DNA of 64,000 bases, taken from positions 620,001 to 684,000 of the forward strand of contig JAQGDQ010000027.1 of NCBI GenBank assembly GCA_030141605.1. Direction: 5' to 3'. Positions 59,211 to 64,000 of the stretch are shown here, piece by piece (the first letter of the stretch is position 1; each line of letters starts with the position of its first letter). The notes under the pieces were generated by a model, which was not told where the DNA came from, searched no databases, and worked only from the letters and a program-made list of their open reading frames with translations. The stretch comes from Tubiluchus corallicola. Lineage: Eukaryota > Animalia > Priapulida. A program made the position numbers and the translations under genes.

Positions 59211-59327
59211 TCAGGAGCTGCACATAAGCTTGTCGGGCACTTCAAACGCTGTTCTTGTGTATTTAATTTGTAAAAACTCTCCATGACATTCGGGAACCGA
59301 GCCTTCGCAAAATGTCAAACTAGATAT
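59211..59327 (-). CDS. Candidate terminal exon of the third gene (reading frame unresolved)
   Basis: Acceptor ttgttttgcacag|. Phase 0 gives ISSLTFCEGSVPECHGEF...MCSS*; the other phases stop within 4 codons. AATAAA on the minus strand at 59032-59027. Confidence 0.4.
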   Translation of the reverse strand: MSSLTFCEGSVPECHGEFLQIKYTRTAFEVPDKLMCSS

Positions 59328-61290
59328 CTGTGCAAAACAATCATGTAATAAAATAAAGCGCAGTTAGAAGTTTCCTTCATATTTCAGAGACACGCTTGTT
59401 CCATAAATTGTTAATAACAATCTACTTCTAATTTTATTCTAGGAAACAACACATCACTTCTATCTTGTCACTAAAACTTTCGTCTGGTGGCAGTGATGTA
59501 TGCAAATAATTGCGCCTAGGTCCATTAATTATCGGCCTTAAAATTGATTAAATCACAGAACTCAAGAGAAGAGGCGGGAAATTGCCATACTTTAATAACT
59601 CTGACAGCAAAATTGTTCAGAACAAACAAAACCTTCTTACATAACCTTTATCTATTTCCTTTTAGCAGCAGCGATGGCAACTAAAATGCCAGATATCATC
59701 ACTTAACATTACTAATATCCAAAAACGATTATTTTGGTCAAACGTGTACAATCCTAAGATCTATGCTGATTTTTCTTGCCATTCTGATAATAGCAAAAGC
59801 AGAATACAACCAGGCCTGTTCTTGCTTACTCGTTTATTGATTACTGTTGCATAATTTAATTGCAATTAAAAGTCTTTTGAAGTTTGTTGTTGTTGAATTA
59901 GCTCTTATTATGAATGAATTTCGCATTTTGTAGTTCTCACTAGTTACCAGACATCTATTCACTGTTTATAAAGACACTGCTTCCAAAGTGAACAGACAAA
60001 ATAACCAGAAACTTTTGCAGGAAACTTATCAGCAAAAGTGAAATAAACTCAAAAATTAATAATAATTATTAAAATTTGTATTAAGCAAAATAGCCTAGAA
60101 CTCCTATAAGAAATAGCTATTATGGAATAGACACAGTGTTAACAACAACCATTAAATCATAAACTTCCTGATTACTCAGTAATGTATTTTGTGATTTCTT
60201 CTAGCTGTTGGGTAACTGGAGTAGCAGCGACTGTTTTTGCAGGTATTAATACATTTTAGGAAGCTTTTCTTCTTTCTGACGCGGATGGAACAAAATTACG
60301 CCAAATGTAGTTTAATCATTATATCCGGACTGTAAGTGAGTCAAGTGTTTTATCAAATGAAGTATTGAAGTATGATATTAGTTGCGATACCGATTATTCT
60401 TTTATTAGCACTTAGCACTTGCACCGTTCAGACACCTGTAAATATAAATAAATTCACTATAAATAAATAAACTTTAAATTTACTTGCTCTGTTTTTACTT
60501 GCAGTGTTTTACTTGCTCTGAAAATAACGACAGACCTCTCTTTATAGGTTACACAGCAGGGGAGTAACTAAAAGAATGTTAAAATTCGTCAAAACTTGCT
60601 ATTTCTTACAAACAGAAATGAGACTAATGAGTAATCAGTTACATTTGCAATCCAAGGTATAACGATCAAGGCAGGTTCTTATTAACTAAGCATTTGGCGT
60701 CTATATTATCTGCTAATTGTATCAGTGCAAATTAGTTCTGACATACTGCTTGCCTGGAGGTTGTTAAATAACACATAATAGCTCATAGTTTAATGCACAT
60801 GCCAAAAGCAACACTTTTTCACTGGTTTGAGTGCTTACACAATCTTGACCTTGACAGGACTTTAGGGCCGCCTATGATTTGAATGATATGACGGCACTGT
60901 CTCCCCGTGCCAAAAAGGTTATGCATTTTTCGTGTTATTTTAACTGTGGAGCTTTTCTTCGTTTTTTTGGTGCAGCGCTAGTTTTTATGAAAGGGGAGGT
61001 TGATTTGCGATAACGAACAACAGTCATATTTCGATCACGATTTTCAACGATGCGGCTTCGCCAGCTAAACAAATATTATTCTTTGCTTGTTGCTTTTGTA
61101 CATTAATTTGAGACACGATTTAACCTATTTAAAGGAATACGAGGTAATTAAATGTTAAAGTTTATTGCTACCAGTAAGGACAAGCTAAAAAATTTATCGT
61201 CAAAGTACTAACTCGTAGTATCTTAAATATCTAATGTCTAATTAGTGGGAACATAATGGACATAGACTCATACGATGAAACATCACTTAC

Positions 61291-61311
61291 TTGCACCATT
61301 TTTCCAGTTGT
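61291..61311 (-). CDS. Candidate 21-nt micro-exon
   Basis: aattag|ACAACTGGAAAAATGGTGCAA|gtaagt; open in all three phases; the acceptor is weak. Confidence 0.3.
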
Positions 61312-62432
61312 CTAATTATAATCGATAACATAGATAACATAGATTACAAAGAACAGCAGCGTATAGTATCAGGCACCGATTATTGTCTGGCATTCAAAAT
61401 CAATTGTTTGTAATATTAAAAATGAGTGACAGGTTTTATAAATCGCATTTTTTTTAAAAAAGTGGTTTAATTTACTGAGTCTCTGTAATGCGTTTTTATA
61501 GTAGTAAACAGTCATTATTTCAGCGAGTTGATTTCGTATGCATTGTCTTTTGCATATAATTATGTAAATAAGATGTCCTCTTGTGTGTTTTTTGTAGTCG
61601 TATGCACTAGCTGTTTTATTGTAATTTCAGTAATTTTAGTCTTATGTTTTAATATTTTGTCTTAAATACCTATGTTTTAGTTAGCTTATATGTGTGCTTT
61701 ATATGGATTTAAATCTGAAGTGAAAGTGTGCATTGGCATAGGGTCGGAAAAAGGACACAAAAGTCGACATTCCAGTAATAATAAAAATACAGAAAACGAA
61801 ACAAAACAAAAGCATACAGTTATTTATTCACTTAAAAACATAATTTACGACACCTCTAAGACAGTATTCTATTAGGGAAAACTTTTCGTAAGTTCTGAGT
61901 TACTAACAAGTTTACTTTAAAATGGTTAATGACTGGTTAGTGAAAAATACACTTTTAATTCATTTTTCCTCTTTTACCTTATGACGTTATTCCGGACAAC
62001 ATCTTAAGATAAAAGAGGAACCGAGCTTTTCATTCCTTAGATAGAAAAACTCTCTACGCTCTGATTTATGATCGTTTAGTGAGTGGACGGTTAATTATTT
62101 AAAAAAAAGATTGCTAGTTCTCTGGTTAGGCGATATTAAACTTTGTGATGTGGTGACAACTAGGGGAGGAAAAACTATTACAATATATCATTTTCTGCGC
62201 AAACGAACAGACAAATAAACAAACAGACAAACGTACACGCATACAGACAAACAAATAAATAACAGTGCTATACCATCTGTTTTATCCAGGTTTGTCAGCT
62301 GACACAATTCATGAATTATTACTATAGAAGCCGTCGTTATTAAAAGCTTATATATATTGTAAAAGGTTATACAACTGCATGGTTTAGCTTGCTTGACGTG
62401 GTTATACCGTCCCCGAGAGACATCACGCTTAC

Positions 62433-62505
62433 GTATGTGCTGAATGGCTTCACCACGCACGCTCTTTTCAGCTTCTCTCTTCATGGCTTCATCGATTTTA
62501 TCAAC
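62433..62505 (-). CDS. Candidate internal exon of an unidentified third gene (VDKIDEAMKREAEKSVRGEAIQHI)
   Basis: ccatctttcacag| acceptor, C|gtaagc donor, protein-like charged sequence, raised GC; no family recognised. Confidence 0.5.
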
Positions 62506-63289
62506 CTGTGAAAGATGGCTGCAAAGAAAACGATGCTAGGCAAACTGCTAGGTTGAATTTTATGTCATTGAGTTGCTGGGATGTGCAATATCGTTCATCT
62601 ATGCTGTGATTACAGGCTTCAGAGCCAGATGAATCTTTAGAGTAAGTTTATTAATATTTTTATATTTATCTTGTACCATTCTATCAGAAATTACACAAGC
62701 TCCTATTAGTTAACGTGCAGAATAATTTATTTGCCTCCAGTTCTTAGTGTTTCAGCTAAATAACGGTGAGTATGATTTAAAAACATTCCTTTAAAATCAG
62801 CAGAAATTAAATGTTTAGTATGAAAATATCTAACAAAAATATGTATTTTTTAGATAAACCTGTGTTTATTAATTGTACAATATTGGACATTGCAGGCAGA
62901 ATTATTATAAGACAACAAACAGATAACATTTCTATCAATAATAAACTTACACCTTTTTTAACATTTTTATCTACGAGCTACTGACAGCTTCAGTTTTTAT
63001 GTAGTGTAAGAATTGCATTTAAATTGTTTTAGATTCACTACTTAGTTAAACTAAATTGACCGACTAGATTCATGATAATATTGATAATATGTCTATCAAT
63101 TTGTGAATTAATAAATAATTATACACTTGGTCACCTTGTAAGTTGGCTTTCAATCACTCAACGGTGTGGCTTATTTAGAGCAGATGATTGTGGCGGGACA
63201 AAAACCTCAAAACTTAGTAAAGTCGTTGGAATTTTCAAAAAATGTTGCAAAATTTTAGATTTATCTACTTATTAAAGAGCTGTATTATA

Positions 63290-63925
63290 CTTTTGCATAT
63301 CCTTACTTTGATTATTGCAGTATATACATATGTAGATACCGTGGAAAGATTAGTTAAAGTTCAAAAAAGTTCATCTGTCTAATGACACACTCGCATTCTG
63401 CAAACTAACCTGTTAAACGGCAAATATGTTAATAAACTTTTGCTTTATATGTATCACCATTTTTTCAATTATAATAGCAGTATGTATTCATACCAAACTC
63501 GACAATACCACAAATTCCATAATCCCTAAATGTAGAATCAACGTTAAGAAACATTTTGTCATGTATAATGATGCTGTAATGTGCAATAATTTACCTAGTA
63601 AAATAAAACAAGCCGGTAATATAAATAAATTTAAGAAACTTTTAAAAAATATTTACTAGAAAATGTGTGATTTGATAAATGATGTAAGATTACATTTTTT
63701 TACCATAACTATACTATTTTATCGTACTAATCAAGTTTGCATCTTTTTATCTGCACTTTTGATTTATTTGCACATACTTGTGTGTTTATATTGTATTGTA
63801 TTCTGTACTTTTAGCTGTAATTTTACTCTCTATGCATTGTCTATATATTTTACGATGTTTTTAATGGACATATAAGTCTCTTGACTTCTGTTCATAAACG
63901 TATCTTAAACAAATAAATAAAAAAT
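63290..63925 (+). pseudogene. Decayed L2/CR1-group LINE 3' end
   Basis: PYFDYCS and YNDAVMCNNLPSKIKQAGNINKFKKLLK resemble the Y.G..lWN.LP......FK..LK terminus; T-rich 3'UTR ending aataaataaaaa. Confidence 0.7.
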
Positions 63926-64000
63926 ATTATGGAGTCATCTTATATAAGGAGGCACTGAACCAACAGAGGTGTGTCTCAGCAATATTTGGACGTGAATCTC

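Overview
AT-rich, intron- and microsatellite-rich animal genomic DNA, probably from an invertebrate; the species cannot be identified from this window. Splice sites were read by hand. (1) A complete 17-exon cGMP-specific phosphodiesterase 9 gene lies on the minus strand (34438->570). It encodes about 531 aa, all introns are GT-AG and all phases are compatible. (2) A minus-strand gene with no family I can recognise encodes an about 463-aa secreted, low-complexity Ser/Phe/Asp/Lys/Arg-rich protein. Its signal peptide is split over 39-nt and 30-nt coding exons, and it has a candidate TATA promoter carrying tandem MRE/XRE-like repeats and an AP-1 site. (3) Weakly supported 3' exons of a third minus-strand gene lie at 59-62.5 kb. 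The rest is decayed LINE, Penelope and mariner remnants, SINEs, MITEs, satellites and microsatellites. The most unusual structure is a 58-bp tandem array that copies the end of the PDE9 catalytic HD-motif exon together with its splice donor, giving a ladder of GT-AG-flanked pseudo-exons. Almost all ORFs in the supplied track are spurious.
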